Shown: positions 41,270 through 50,132 of the stretch, in pieces
Position numbering within the stretch: position 1 is the first letter of the stretch
How the letters are laid out: the number at the start of each line of letters is the position of its first letter
Source of the DNA: an uncultured Gammaproteobacteria bacterium
GTDB taxonomy: Bacteria > Pseudomonadota > Gammaproteobacteria > Pseudomonadales > Pseudohongiellaceae
Direction of reading: 5' to 3'
DNA: 50,132 nt
Assembly: GCA_963976555.1 (NCBI GenBank)
Contig: CAXBLN010000001.1
Coordinates: forward strand, 1-50,132
The notes under the pieces: generated by a model
The model's database searches: none
What the model was told of the DNA's origin: nothing
What the model saw: the letters and a program-made list of their open reading frames with translations, nothing else
Program-made: the position numbers and the translations under genes

Positions 41270-42697
41270 ATGAAGCAGTCAATTGGAAGATATCGCATAC
41301 GGCATTACCCGCTCTGGCTCTCCAGAAGAGCGCTGGTCAGCTTTTTTCAGATGCTGAGTGCCTCGCTGCTGTTGTCTCAGCCCGGTCTTGCTCAAGACAG
41401 CGAGCCCGACAGTTTCTTGCTCGATAACGTGCGGGTCATCGTCGGTGATGGGACCGTTCAGGAGCAGGCCGCAATCCTTGTCGAGCAGGGGCGAATTAGC
41501 TTCGTCGGTTCACGCTCAGACATAGAACTCGATACAGCTGTCGCCACAATCGACTTGAATGGCAAGACTGTGATGCCTGCAATGATAGATAGTCATGCCC
41601 ATCTCGGCTATGAGGGACACGGAAGTTGGGGAGCTGAGAACTACAATGCTGCTAACCTGATCGATCATTTGCAGCGCTATGCCTATTACGGCTTCTCGGC
41701 CGTGTTCTCAGCAGGTAGTGATCCCGATGACCTGGCGCGGGAGGTGCAGCAGGCGCAGCGTTTAGGTGACTTTAGCGGTGCCCGCTTCCTGTTTGCCGCA
41801 GGGATGGCTCCTCCGGGTCAGGGCCCGAACGATCAGTTCCTTTCCCATGCGCTCGAAGTGGAGCGCAGGACGGGGCAAGCTATATTGTATGGCGTGGCTA
41901 GCGCAGAGCAGGCAGTGGAAGCCGTGCGCAGGATCGCTGCCAAGGATATTCCCGTTATAAAAATTTGGGTGGATGATCGTGGTGGCAGCCAGGATAAACT
42001 GGAGCCGCGAGTGTATCGCGCGATAGCAAGAGAAGCCGCCGCACAGGGTATTGAGGTCTATGCTCATCAGCAATACGCCACAGATATGCCCAGTCTATTA
42101 GATGCTGGGGTCACTGGGTTTCTGCACGGCAGAATCGGCTCCGATCTGGATCGCAGCATAGCCTCACAGCTGGCTACAGCGAACGCCTTTGTCGTGCCTA
42201 ATATGGGTTTGGGCGAGCTGAGGCGTGAAGCCATTGGAGCGGATCCGTTTCTTCGCGAGTCGCTACCCGACTCAGTCGCGGCTCGCCTACTTGAAAGTGA
42301 GCAGAGGTTCTTAATGCCCAATCGAGCTCCGGCGCGGGAGGCGGAGCTGCGGGCGAGCTTTGCCCATCTCCTTGCAGCAGACGTTGACATAATATTGGGC
42401 ACGGATGCGGGAGCCGTGCCTGACCATTACTTCGGCTATGCCGGTCATCGGGAGTTAGAAATTTTCGTTCGTCTCGGAATGACAGCAATGCAGGCAATAG
42501 TGGCCGCTACCAGCAAACCAGCGCTGCGACTTGGCCTAGATGATCTCGGTCTTTTGAAAAGTGGCTACAGCGCAGATATTGTGGTGCTGGATGACAATCC
42601 CCTAGTCGATATACGCAATACGCGCACGATCTCCTCTGTCTACCTGAAGGGGGAGTTGCTGGATCGGGCAGCCTTGGCTGCTGGCTTTGGCAATTAA
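41270..42697 (+). CDS. Exported metal-dependent amidohydrolase family protein
   Basis: Signal-like N-terminus. HxH motif in MPAMIDSHAHLGYEG. Also FLHGR, and the C-terminal LGTDAGA Asp. Confidence 0.75.
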   Translation: MKQSIGRYRIRHYPLWLSRRALVSFFQMLSASLLLSQPGLAQDSEPDSFLLDNVRVIVGDGTVQEQAAILVEQGRISFVGSRSDIELDTAVATIDLNGKTVMPAMIDSHAHLGYEGHGSWGAENYNAANLIDHLQRYAYYGFSAVFSAGSDPDDLAREVQQAQRLGDFSGARFLFAAGMAPPGQGPNDQFLSHALEVERRTGQAILYGVASAEQAVEAVRRIAAKDIPVIKIWVDDRGGSQDKLEPRVYRAIAREAAAQGIEVYAHQQYATDMPSLLDAGVTGFLHGRIGSDLDRSIASQLATANAFVVPNMGLGELRREAIGADPFLRESLPDSVAARLLESEQRFLMPNRAPAREAELRASFAHLLAADVDIILGTDAGAVPDHYFGYAGHRELEIFVRLGMTAMQAIVAATSKPALRLGLDDLGLLKSGYSADIVVLDDNPLVDIRNTRTISSVYLKGELLDRAALAAGFGN

Positions 42698-42855
42698 TTC
42701 TGCGCCAATTCGTAAATTGGATTCCCAGCCACTCTTCAATAGGAGAAGGCTAAGATCCTACTGAATAGCATTCAGGTCTTGCTTAGCATCTATCGGTCGC
42801 GATTTCTTTAGTTTAGCTCGAGATCGATAGTGCTACGGGACTCTGAAAGCTAGGA

Positions 42856-43413
42856 TTAGAGTATGTGAAACACGAATTCTTCATCGTCGCTTCTCTTCTC
42901 TGCGATCTTCGAATGTAGTTCGTCCCTCTTGGCGCCTAACCATTGTTCTCTGTTTTCTGCAGGATCCTTTCCAGCGGCTTGGAGGCGCTTGTCTTCCTCT
43001 TCTCTGAAACGGCAGAAATCGCCGTAGGCTGAGATTTCGGAACGGAGTTCGCGAATGATGATCTCGACAAACATCGCATCATCGAGAAAGCCGATTCCCG
43101 GGATGTGGTCTGGAATGAGGTCGATGGGGTCGGCGAAATAGGCCATGGCGCTAATGATCCTGTCGCGGTCTGAGTCGCTGAGATTCCATTCCGAGTCCCT
43201 CATCATCTCGAGCAGTGTCTTCAATTGGAGCAGCCGATCCGCGATGAAGTCGGGCAGGTCTGAATTCATGGCTACTTCGACTATCTTGTAGGCGGCCTTC
43301 TCGATATCTGTCTTGCTCTGTTGATCGGATGAAGCGGATCTGGCCTTTACGACGATGGTTTTAAACCTTTCCAGATCCCTGTCGCTGAGAGTAAATGTAA
43401 TGTCGAGAGGCAT
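42856..43413 (-). CDS. DUF1232 (YkvA)-like domain protein, paralog 2
   Basis: Motif DLIPDHIPGIGFLDDAM. It is colinear with 34836..35402. SD AGGAAAA. Confidence 0.75.
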   Translation of the reverse strand: MPLDITFTLSDRDLERFKTIVVKARSASSDQQSKTDIEKAAYKIVEVAMNSDLPDFIADRLLQLKTLLEMMRDSEWNLSDSDRDRIISAMAYFADPIDLIPDHIPGIGFLDDAMFVEIIIRELRSEISAYGDFCRFREEEDKRLQAAGKDPAENREQWLGAKRDELHSKIAEKRSDDEEFVFHIL

Positions 43414-43435
43414 ATAGTTTTCCTATTGTGATTGT

Positions 43436-44791
43436 TCAGTCTGCTTTAATAACATGATATTCAGTCTGTCTGGGTTGAATATACGCGAATTCTGTTCCAT
43501 CATAAAACCCGTCTTCCTCCAATTTAATTGAGAGCGGAGCACTACTCCATTCAGGTACTTCCACCTGCGCTGTCAATTCAATGGAATAGGCGGTATTGGC
43601 GTGCATTAGGTAGTCGCCTGAGCCAGGCACTCCTTCCTGCTTGTCCCACATTCCGATTGTTGTGCCAGCAGCATGACCGTGCAGGCCAATCGGGTGAGTG
43701 TAAATAATAGGGCCAATACCCGCTTCTATCGCTTGTTCCCTTGTGCGGCGCAGGATTTCATTTCCGCTACGACCTACTTGAAAATTATTCGTCAGGATGT
43801 CCTGCAGCTGATTTCCCTTCTTCAGAGCCTGAACGAGATAAGTTGGCACCGTGGCTTCATTGTCCTTCAGTATATAGGCGTTCTGCTGAGTGTCTGTCTG
43901 TAAGTTTAGATAACTAATACCGAAGTCGATGTGAATCATGTCTCCTTTATGAAAAGTATCTTGAAGAGCAGGGTCATCACCGACAGTGACCTGGTTGGCA
44001 TCCGAGCGAATCAAATCGATGCCAGTATGAAACCAGGTGTCGAGGCCAAGGTCATTTACACGTTGTCGATACCACCAGGTAAGATCTTCTATTGTAGTCT
44101 TTCCCGGAATTACTACCTCGGCAGTAAAGCCCTCTGCGATGACCGCATGGGCGATGCTCATGACATCTTTGTAGACTTCAATCTCAGGCGCTATTCGAGT
44201 TTCCAGCCAACCCACGGCAAGGTTTTCTGCCGAAACGATTCTACTCTTGAGAGCCGCTGGCAGAGCATTGCTAAAGTCTCTGTGCTCTGAATAGGTTAGG
44301 CCGTCGGCCAATGCATAGTTGTCTGAGAAATTTAACGCGATGTTGGCTGGGTTGAACTCGCTCAATATTTGAGCGATTCGTTGATATTGGTCGGGTTGCT
44401 GCTCTGGATCCCATGCCGCAGGAAATATGTCGCCGACAGCGTAGCGGGCAATAGCCATACGCTCCACGCCTCGCGAATCACCGTGATCGATGAAGAGCAA
44501 AACTGTTCGCCGGCGCGCATTCAGCCAGGTTGCTGGCAGCATCGTCTTTAAAACAGGGTCTTCGTTATACTCTCTGGCGATGATGACCCATGCATCTATG
44601 TTTTCTCTACGCATGAGTTCGGGTACCACGGTATCGAGCCGTTCTCGCAGGATCTTGTCTTCGACCTGAGCCTGTTCGCGCAAGCTAAGAATCTTCTCGC
44701 TTAATTCGTCAGCGAGCAGGGTGCTCGCAGTGATGCTTAGATAAATTAGGATTAGGGCTCGTATTACGGTGCTGCAATTAAGGCTTTTCAT
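43436..44791 (-). CDS. Exported M24-family metallopeptidase (Xaa-Pro peptidase-like)
   Basis: Pita-bread metal-ligand pattern: GDMIHIDFGISYLNLQTDTQQ, HPIGLHGHAAG, YSIELT, KLEED. The signal peptide begins at the internal Met (MKSLNCSTVIRALILIYLSITASTLLA), so 44791 is preferred over the track start 44845. Confidence 0.7.
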   Translation of the reverse strand: MKSLNCSTVIRALILIYLSITASTLLADELSEKILSLREQAQVEDKILRERLDTVVPELMRRENIDAWVIIAREYNEDPVLKTMLPATWLNARRRTVLLFIDHGDSRGVERMAIARYAVGDIFPAAWDPEQQPDQYQRIAQILSEFNPANIALNFSDNYALADGLTYSEHRDFSNALPAALKSRIVSAENLAVGWLETRIAPEIEVYKDVMSIAHAVIAEGFTAEVVIPGKTTIEDLTWWYRQRVNDLGLDTWFHTGIDLIRSDANQVTVGDDPALQDTFHKGDMIHIDFGISYLNLQTDTQQNAYILKDNEATVPTYLVQALKKGNQLQDILTNNFQVGRSGNEILRRTREQAIEAGIGPIIYTHPIGLHGHAAGTTIGMWDKQEGVPGSGDYLMHANTAYSIELTAQVEVPEWSSAPLSIKLEEDGFYDGTEFAYIQPRQTEYHVIKAD

Positions 44792-44963
44792 GATTACTCT
44801 GATTCGGTTGTTGACTGCATAGGAGCGTATCACCATTTGTCGCATGCTTTAATAGTTTCCCGCTAACTATCGGGGTCTTTGTGCTATAGACAGGCAGCAA
44901 GCGAAGCGATCGCGCTGCAGGGCATTTGGAACTGAGGAAACACTGCCTGGGTGCTTTGTACTG

Positions 44964-45770
44964 TCACATTGCGATTCTAAATATCGCTGTATGCGTAACC
45001 TCGAGAGCTAGCTCTTCCTCTACGATCATTGCGATATTAAGTCTTATAAACTGATGACCATTTCGTTCCCATTTGTCGGTGGGAACGGATCGAATGATGA
45101 TGTTCTGTCCGCATCGAATCGCTTTTCCGATCCGCAGGTGGCTGCCCGTATGAATCCAGGCAGGCAAGACGAACATCCGCTTTAGCGCCTTGTTGCAGGC
45201 ATCCAACAGATAATAGGGATGAATATAGGCGCCGGGCCCCTGATAGAACTCGCTGCGATCACGCTGCGCCTGAACACGCTGTCGATTGTCCTCCTCGCGA
45301 GGAGTCCAGAGATAATCTGGAGCCGCCTCCATGAGTTGAATCGTATCCCAGTGTATTTCGCCTCTGACAAACTCCGCTGCTTCGTTGGCCGCTTTATAGG
45401 GCACTTTCTTTAGCGGCGTGTCCGGGCGCAGCAGTGTTTCCAGCTCAGCTAACAAGTCGCCCCGTTGGTTGTAAGCGCTGCTGGAATATTTTTCGCAATC
45501 GACTTCAGCATTGTGAGAAGCAGTCTTAATTAGTAGCTGATCGTTATGGTAGGCGGGGCTTCGAAAATTAACACGGTACTCGACGCACTCCAGACCGATA
45601 GTCCCAATCTCATGAATCAGAGGCTGGGATAGATAGCCAAACACGTTTGCGCCACTGACCAGCGCGCCAGTGAATCCGTATTTGGTCGCGATCGAATCGC
45701 TGTGGATCCTGTTCTCTGACGATTCGGCATCGTTTAGGGCCAGCACTGTCATGTCTGCTATTACTGCCAT
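44964..45770 (-). CDS. MaoC-like / hotdog-fold protein
   Basis: Hydratase-like motif ENRIHSDSIATKYGFTGALVSG. The start is uncertain: the track ORF starts at 45815, and the internal ATG 45770 has a better SD. Confidence 0.5.
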   Translation of the reverse strand: MAVIADMTVLALNDAESSENRIHSDSIATKYGFTGALVSGANVFGYLSQPLIHEIGTIGLECVEYRVNFRSPAYHNDQLLIKTASHNAEVDCEKYSSSAYNQRGDLLAELETLLRPDTPLKKVPYKAANEAAEFVRGEIHWDTIQLMEAAPDYLWTPREEDNRQRVQAQRDRSEFYQGPGAYIHPYYLLDACNKALKRMFVLPAWIHTGSHLRIGKAIRCGQNIIIRSVPTDKWERNGHQFIRLNIAMIVEEELALEVTHTAIFRIAM

Positions 45771-45989
45771 AATCGCCTTTTCTCTGTAGGCTCTGCCTTC
45801 AAGGCTAACAAGCATAAACTTTGCTTAGGACTTTTCCTACGAACACTGAGTGTTCAGGCCCTGAGTAAGTCATAATTTACCGAATAACACATCAAAATAC
45901 GTGCTTGCTGGGTATCAGAGGATATACTCCTACTGATTATTCCTGTGCGTCAACGTATTGTAGTATGTCAAGAAAAGGGTAGATGGGGC

Positions 45990-46418
45990 ATGGCAAGTGA
46001 TTCAGTTAGTCATCAGTTTCGGAAACTGTTAATAATCGATGACAACAAAGAGATAACAGATATCATCGAAGAAGTCGCTAAAGTCGCCGGCTACGATGTG
46101 ATTGCTGTTAACGATTTCAGGCAAGTGAAAAAAGTCTATCGGGAATTTCTTCCAGATCTTATCTTTTTGGATTTGGATTTGGGGCTAGATAGCGACATGG
46201 ATATGTCGGAGAAGGGCTACGATGGCCTGGCCGTTTTCAACTTTCTATCCGATAGTGGAAGCCGATCTATGATTGTTCTTATTAGTGGCATGGACAAAGA
46301 GAAAATCAAGACGACGAAGGATATCGGGAAAGAAATGAAGCTTAATGTCGTCGGAAGTTTCTCCAAGCCATTTTCCATAGATCGCATAGATCAGCTGCTA
46401 CTTAAATTAAAGCGCTGA
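45990..46418 (+). CDS. Stand-alone response-regulator receiver domain (CheY-like)
   Basis: Motifs: LLIIDDN, phospho-acceptor context LIFLDLDLG, LISGMD, and conserved Lys in FSKP. There is no output domain. ATG 45990 is preferred over GTG 45945. Confidence 0.75.
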   Translation: MASDSVSHQFRKLLIIDDNKEITDIIEEVAKVAGYDVIAVNDFRQVKKVYREFLPDLIFLDLDLGLDSDMDMSEKGYDGLAVFNFLSDSGSRSMIVLISGMDKEKIKTTKDIGKEMKLNVVGSFSKPFSIDRIDQLLLKLKR

Positions 46419-46443
46419 CAGAAAGCGCTTAGCTGGGACAGTC

Positions 46444-48645
46444 CTAGTTGAGAATGTCGACCAAGCCTAGCTTCCAGGACACTTGATTCTTCAGTTCTTC
46501 TGAGCGCAGCTTTCGCAGGTAATAGTTGAGTTGTGGTGTGCGCATGCGAAGTCGGTCCAGACGCCGCGCATCGAATAGGATCAGAGTGCAACCTTCCTTC
46601 GAAATGATCGGGCCGCTATTCGATTCGCCAAAGGGCCGAGCCCCGTAATCATCGTCGCGAAACATGCTCTTGCCATTTAGTGAGGCCTGACCACCCGCTA
46701 GCAGGCACCAAGTGTATTCAGACAGTTCGAAACTATCGCCTTCGAATAACACTTTCGATTCAGCAATCTGGCACAACTTTTCCAATACTGTAGAAGTCAT
46801 ATTAGAAAACTGTGGCTGGCGCGCTATGGCGGGCCGCAGCGACCACTGCTGAAGTAACTTCTCCTGAAAACCTTCGGCTACTATAAATGATTTAAATGTT
46901 TCCTCAGAGAACACACACAGAGTCACGGGAGTTTTTGCTATGACGCTGGCATTTCGAGTCCCGCTGCCTGTAATGACGGCCATCTCGCCGAGTACGTCTC
47001 CAGCTTGAAGCTCGGCATCTTTTATTAGTCGTAAGCCGTCGTGTCTAACTACGTCACAGTAACCGGTCAAAATCAAATAGACGTAGCCCCGAGTAGACGC
47101 ATCCTGTACCAGAATTACATCGTCTGTGTTGTAGCGACGAATCTCTTCTTCCGCTAACAGGCTGCGCATCCATCTATTTGGAAAGGGACGGCCTAACCAT
47201 TCTGTCAGATAGTGATTTATCTGCGACGTATAGATGGCAGAATCCCCCTCCAGAATCGTGTAGCGTTTGCCTGAGGTCGCTAGTGAGAAAGTTGTATTAA
47301 ACTCGTTTGCTAATTCTTCAACGTGGACGAACACGACTCTATCAGAAGAGGATTTAATCGCATCTGCCGGGTCTCCGTGAATCGCTCCCGCGCCGCCGTC
47401 AGCGACGAGCAGAGCGAATCTATCGGAATACAATCGTTCTAAATTACTGGTAGTGCTTTCTCGAATTAGCCCGCGTTTCGTCATGGTTCTAATGGCGCTC
47501 ATCGAATGATTGTCAGCTACCACACAAATTTTTCGCTCTATGCCCTTGTTGACAGTAGAGAAGGTTGCGCCAATTGTTGGGATGCTATGGACAGTAACGT
47601 GTGGCTCAATTGTCAGTCCGAAGTAATTGTGTCGCTCGCCGGGTCTAACTTCAACCAGGTTGAAATGTTCACAAACTGCGCCCAGGTTCCAGCCGATACC
47701 GCAGGCTATTTTCTCCATAGCCATATTAAAGATTTCACGCGTCGTAATTAGATCAACACGATGCGGCATAAGCATCAATGGAAAGAGCGACGAATGATCG
47801 TCGTGTAAGTGAGTCAGAAAGACTGCGGCAACTTGATTCTTGGAAATCCCCCTGGCAAAAAGATGTTGGTCGAGGAAAGGAATGGCATCTATGAGCAGGT
47901 ATTCACCGTTGTAGCAAAACGCCAGCCCCGTACATGGCTCAGTGGGAGTAAACCCGGAGGCGCCACCTAACACTTCGATGCCCATCTTAACCAAGCCGCC
48001 CGGCACATAATCCGGTTCGACTTTATAAGGTGGGTGGATGGTTTGGTCTTCGTTCAGGTCGATCCGTGACGCGCCAGCTCCATAGCCAATATCGAATACA
48101 TCGGATTCGACGTGAGTAATGGTGTGATCGCCGACTTTCGCCCAGCCATCATTGAAGGGTACGATATTGAAGAATCCTTCGATTGGGATAATTTCGCCGT
48201 ATTTGTCTTTGAGAGCGAGTTCTTCACTAGCGGCGAGCCATTCATCTGCGAGTGCCTGATCAGTCTGCCAACCGTCTAACTCGTCTCGAGTCGGGCCAAA
48301 TAGTGTGATCCGCAATAGGCGCAGAGCGTGGCTGATATCGTCTTTCTCGCCGACCAGGTTGAGCTTTCTGCCTTGCTCCAGGCCTTTGCTTACAAACAGG
48401 AAGAAATAGAGAGGGAACTCGAGACTGTTGGTGAGTGAGCCACTCTTCTCCTTGACGTCAGGCAGCACTAGGGTGTCGAAATTAGTGATCCCATGCAGCA
48501 ACAGGCCCTTGAGTACTTCCGGGGGTTGACCGACTAATATTGTGCCGGCCTCATCCTCATAGAGGCGGCTGCCCATCGAGGGCTGAATCAGTGTGCTATT
48601 GCCTGTATAGGCACTTGCGGGAATATTGGGGTTTTGATTAGCCAT
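46444..48645 (-). CDS. Multidomain protein: unassigned N-domain + metallo-beta-lactamase fold + two cyclic-nucleotide-binding-like domains
   Basis: MBL motif FLTHLHDDHS (HxHxDH). The cNMP phosphate-binding-cassette-like segment is GDVLGEMAVITGSGTRNASVIA. A second, degenerate cNMP-like region follows. Confidence 0.7.
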   Translation of the reverse strand: MANQNPNIPASAYTGNSTLIQPSMGSRLYEDEAGTILVGQPPEVLKGLLLHGITNFDTLVLPDVKEKSGSLTNSLEFPLYFFLFVSKGLEQGRKLNLVGEKDDISHALRLLRITLFGPTRDELDGWQTDQALADEWLAASEELALKDKYGEIIPIEGFFNIVPFNDGWAKVGDHTITHVESDVFDIGYGAGASRIDLNEDQTIHPPYKVEPDYVPGGLVKMGIEVLGGASGFTPTEPCTGLAFCYNGEYLLIDAIPFLDQHLFARGISKNQVAAVFLTHLHDDHSSLFPLMLMPHRVDLITTREIFNMAMEKIACGIGWNLGAVCEHFNLVEVRPGERHNYFGLTIEPHVTVHSIPTIGATFSTVNKGIERKICVVADNHSMSAIRTMTKRGLIRESTTSNLERLYSDRFALLVADGGAGAIHGDPADAIKSSSDRVVFVHVEELANEFNTTFSLATSGKRYTILEGDSAIYTSQINHYLTEWLGRPFPNRWMRSLLAEEEIRRYNTDDVILVQDASTRGYVYLILTGYCDVVRHDGLRLIKDAELQAGDVLGEMAVITGSGTRNASVIAKTPVTLCVFSEETFKSFIVAEGFQEKLLQQWSLRPAIARQPQFSNMTSTVLEKLCQIAESKVLFEGDSFELSEYTWCLLAGGQASLNGKSMFRDDDYGARPFGESNSGPIISKEGCTLILFDARRLDRLRMRTPQLNYYLRKLRSEELKNQVSWKLGLVDILN

Positions 48646-48784
48646 TAGTTGATTCTGTTTATTATTTCACTAGGAAGGATGTAGGCCATATGAGGAGCTA
48701 GACTACAATCTGCACCGGTTGAGGGGAAGAAAAACTTGGTGAGAAAGCGTGATTTAGTGGGCAAAACTAGTACCTAGTTACTGA

Positions 48785-49369
48785 TTACTGATCGGTTTCA
48801 TTTCTACCCATGTTGTAGAACTCACTATTTGGCTTGATATCGGCCATATTGGCTAATCGATTAGATAACGCGAAGAGCGCTGCTATCGAGCCAATGTCCC
48901 AAATTTCCTCGTCGCTGAATCCCGTTTCGCGTAGGCTTTTAAAATCGGCGTCACGAATCTCATGGGCTGCTTGCGATACCTTTACGGCGAAATCCAACAT
49001 TAGCCGCTGTTTTTCCGATATATCCGCGTTTCGATAATTGCTAGCGATTTGATCGGAAATCAGCGGGTTCTTTTCTCTGATTCGCAAGATCGCCCCGTGT
49101 GCTACTACGCAATAGGTACATTGGTTAATGCCAGACGTAGCCACTACGATCATTTCCCGCTCTGCCTTACTGAGGCCTTCGGATTTTTCCATTAGGGCAT
49201 CGTGGTAGCTGAAGAAAGCTCTGAACTCATCCGGCCTGTGGGCTAGTGCCAAAAAGATGTTTGGCACAAAGCCTGCTTTTTCCTGAACCGCAAGGATGCG
49301 CTTGCGGATATCTTCAGGGAGGTCATCGAGTTCAGGCAGGTGGAATCGGCTGATTGATGAATTAGTCAT
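48785..49369 (-). CDS. Carboxymuconolactone decarboxylase / AhpD-like peroxidase-related protein
   Basis: Motif INQCTYCVVAHG (CxxC..H). 194 aa. Confidence 0.75.
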   Translation of the reverse strand: MTNSSISRFHLPELDDLPEDIRKRILAVQEKAGFVPNIFLALAHRPDEFRAFFSYHDALMEKSEGLSKAEREMIVVATSGINQCTYCVVAHGAILRIREKNPLISDQIASNYRNADISEKQRLMLDFAVKVSQAAHEIRDADFKSLRETGFSDEEIWDIGSIAALFALSNRLANMADIKPNSEFYNMGRNETDQ

Positions 49370-49454
49370 TGCTTGTATTGCTCAAGGTTTAGTAGGCAGT
49401 ATGCTACAGCAACAATATCCTGTTCCCGCTCATTTAAAAAGTGAGGTGTAAGCG

Positions 49455-49486
49455 GAAAATATCCGAGCTGCACATTGCAGCTCGGA
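49455..49486 (-). terminator. Hairpin terminator after the Hsp20-like gene
   Basis: Perfect 11-bp stem tccgagctgca / tgcagctcgga with a 3-nt loop. On the minus strand it is followed by ATATTTTCC. Confidence 0.6.
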
Positions 49487-49500
49487 AGGGGGGTTGCAAG

Positions 49501-50115
49501 TTAGCTACTCTTTTTTGGCAGGACTATTTCGATGCCTGCATCAGTCTGCCTTGTGATCATGCCAAACTCATCGACTGGTTTAGGCAGGTCGAGGGTCTTT
49601 GCGAACTGGCGCTGACTAAAAGCGGATGCAGAAAAATTATTCTGCGATCGCTGCGATTTTTCAATGAGCACCCCAGATATAGAAACCGAGTTGTCCTCAA
49701 TATTGGTGTTGAGCTCAAGTTCCTGATTAGGGTTCACCGGTATCATGATGAGATAGTCCTTTTCTGTCTCGTCCACAGCGATGTCTGGCACATTGACTGA
49801 TAGCCGCGTGCTACCGAGTGTGTTTAACGGAAATGGATTTAACTGCGGCAGTGGTGTCATCCCAAATCCAGAGAAAATTGAATCGACATAGTCCTGTAAC
49901 TGCATGCTACTGGCAAATGGGGAGCGGCTTGCGAATGGAAAATGCGCTGCCCGGACTGCGTCCTTCTGCTCTAGCTGGGCAAGTAATCGTTGTTCGATGG
50001 CCGTCGCGGGCTCTGTTTCTTCGGGTAGCGCCTGCGCCAGTCTGCCATTTGCCTGCCACAGTAGAAAAGTTTGTCCTGCAAAACCAATCAAGCAGAAAAA
50101 GCCGAGAGCCAGCAA
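49501..50115 (-). CDS. Membrane-anchored Hsp20/alpha-crystallin-domain protein (possibly 5'-incomplete)
   Basis: The ACD pattern is VPDIAVDETEKDYLIMIPV ... VSISGVLIEKS ... FAKTLDLPKPVDEFGMITRQTDAGIEIVLPKK. There is an N-terminal TM helix. The reading frame stays open to the window end, so the real start may lie beyond 50132 (the track start is TTG). Confidence 0.6.
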   Translation of the reverse strand: MLALGFFCLIGFAGQTFLLWQANGRLAQALPEETEPATAIEQRLLAQLEQKDAVRAAHFPFASRSPFASSMQLQDYVDSIFSGFGMTPLPQLNPFPLNTLGSTRLSVNVPDIAVDETEKDYLIMIPVNPNQELELNTNIEDNSVSISGVLIEKSQRSQNNFSASAFSQRQFAKTLDLPKPVDEFGMITRQTDAGIEIVLPKKSS

Positions 50116-50132
50116 CAGCCTGTTTTTGGTTT

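Noticed and set aside
46410-46430. Hairpin aagcgct-gacagaa-agcgctt spanning the receiver-gene stop codon, as a bidirectional terminator between the convergent genes.
   Set aside because: The stem is only 7 bp and no convincing U-run follows on either strand. I keep it as a note, not a feature.
49441-49800. 119-aa plus-strand ORF.
   Set aside because: It is antisense to the Hsp20-like gene and begins inside the terminator hairpin region. It has no motifs.
1-50132. Search for CRISPR arrays, tRNA/rRNA genes, transposases, integrases, phage structural genes or long terminal repeats that would mark a mobile island.
   Set aside because: I saw no regularly spaced direct repeats, no cloverleaf-like or rRNA-like stretches, and no DDE, tyrosine-recombinase or serine-recombinase-like ORFs in any frame. 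The MotAB-like cassette therefore has no visible mobility signature, and I do not call it a mobile element.

Overview
50.1-kb chromosomal segment that reads like an aerobic, probably marine, gammaproteobacterium. That placement is an inference from gene content only. I call about 50 protein-coding genes. I saw no rRNA, tRNA, CRISPR array, transposase, integrase or phage structural gene.

Left third (1-15.3 kb): OmpA-family protein (truncated), ubiC, rpoS, a family III CoA-transferase, a YtrA-type GntR/ABC exporter operon with a clear operator palindrome, a stand-alone promoter/40-codon ORF/terminator unit, and a run of metabolic genes (GNAT, class III aminotransferase, enone reductase, two SDRs, acyl-CoA dehydrogenase). 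It ends with a three-gene cluster: MTA/SAH-nucleosidase-like protein, spore-photoproduct-lyase-family radical SAM protein and an SDR.

Middle (15.4-30.8 kb): strikingly rich in copper and haem genes. These are copCD, two degenerate CopC-like paralogs flanking a thioesterase, a secreted CxxCH-haem protein carrying PHM/DBH-like copper-site histidines, two tandem secreted paralogs of unknown function, an orphan SURF1 and two paralogous small membrane proteins. A ToxR/CadC-like regulator diverges from degQ; a serine hydrolase and nfsA are also here.

Right (30.9-50.1 kb): the best candidate for an undescribed system is a compact, insulated three-gene cassette at 30892-33487. It encodes a MotA/ExbB-type channel protein with a roughly 300-aa coiled-coil tail, a MotB/OmpA-type partner with a membrane-embedded Asp, and an unrecognisable Cys/His protein. 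The first two match the Zorya (ZorA/ZorB) core architecture, but none of the known Zorya effectors is present.

Downstream, all on the minus strand, lie an M20 peptidase, a DUF1232-like protein, and a tightly coupled operon (NAD-binding protein, flippase-like membrane protein, CDP-alcohol phosphatidyltransferase, exported chorismate mutase). Bifunctional FO synthase fbiC follows. The remainder comprises an amidohydrolase, a second DUF1232-like paralog next to an M24 peptidase, a hotdog protein, a stand-alone receiver domain divergent from an MBL-fold/cNMP-binding fusion protein, an AhpD-like protein and a membrane-anchored Hsp20-like protein.

All product calls rest on motifs read by eye. No database search was possible.
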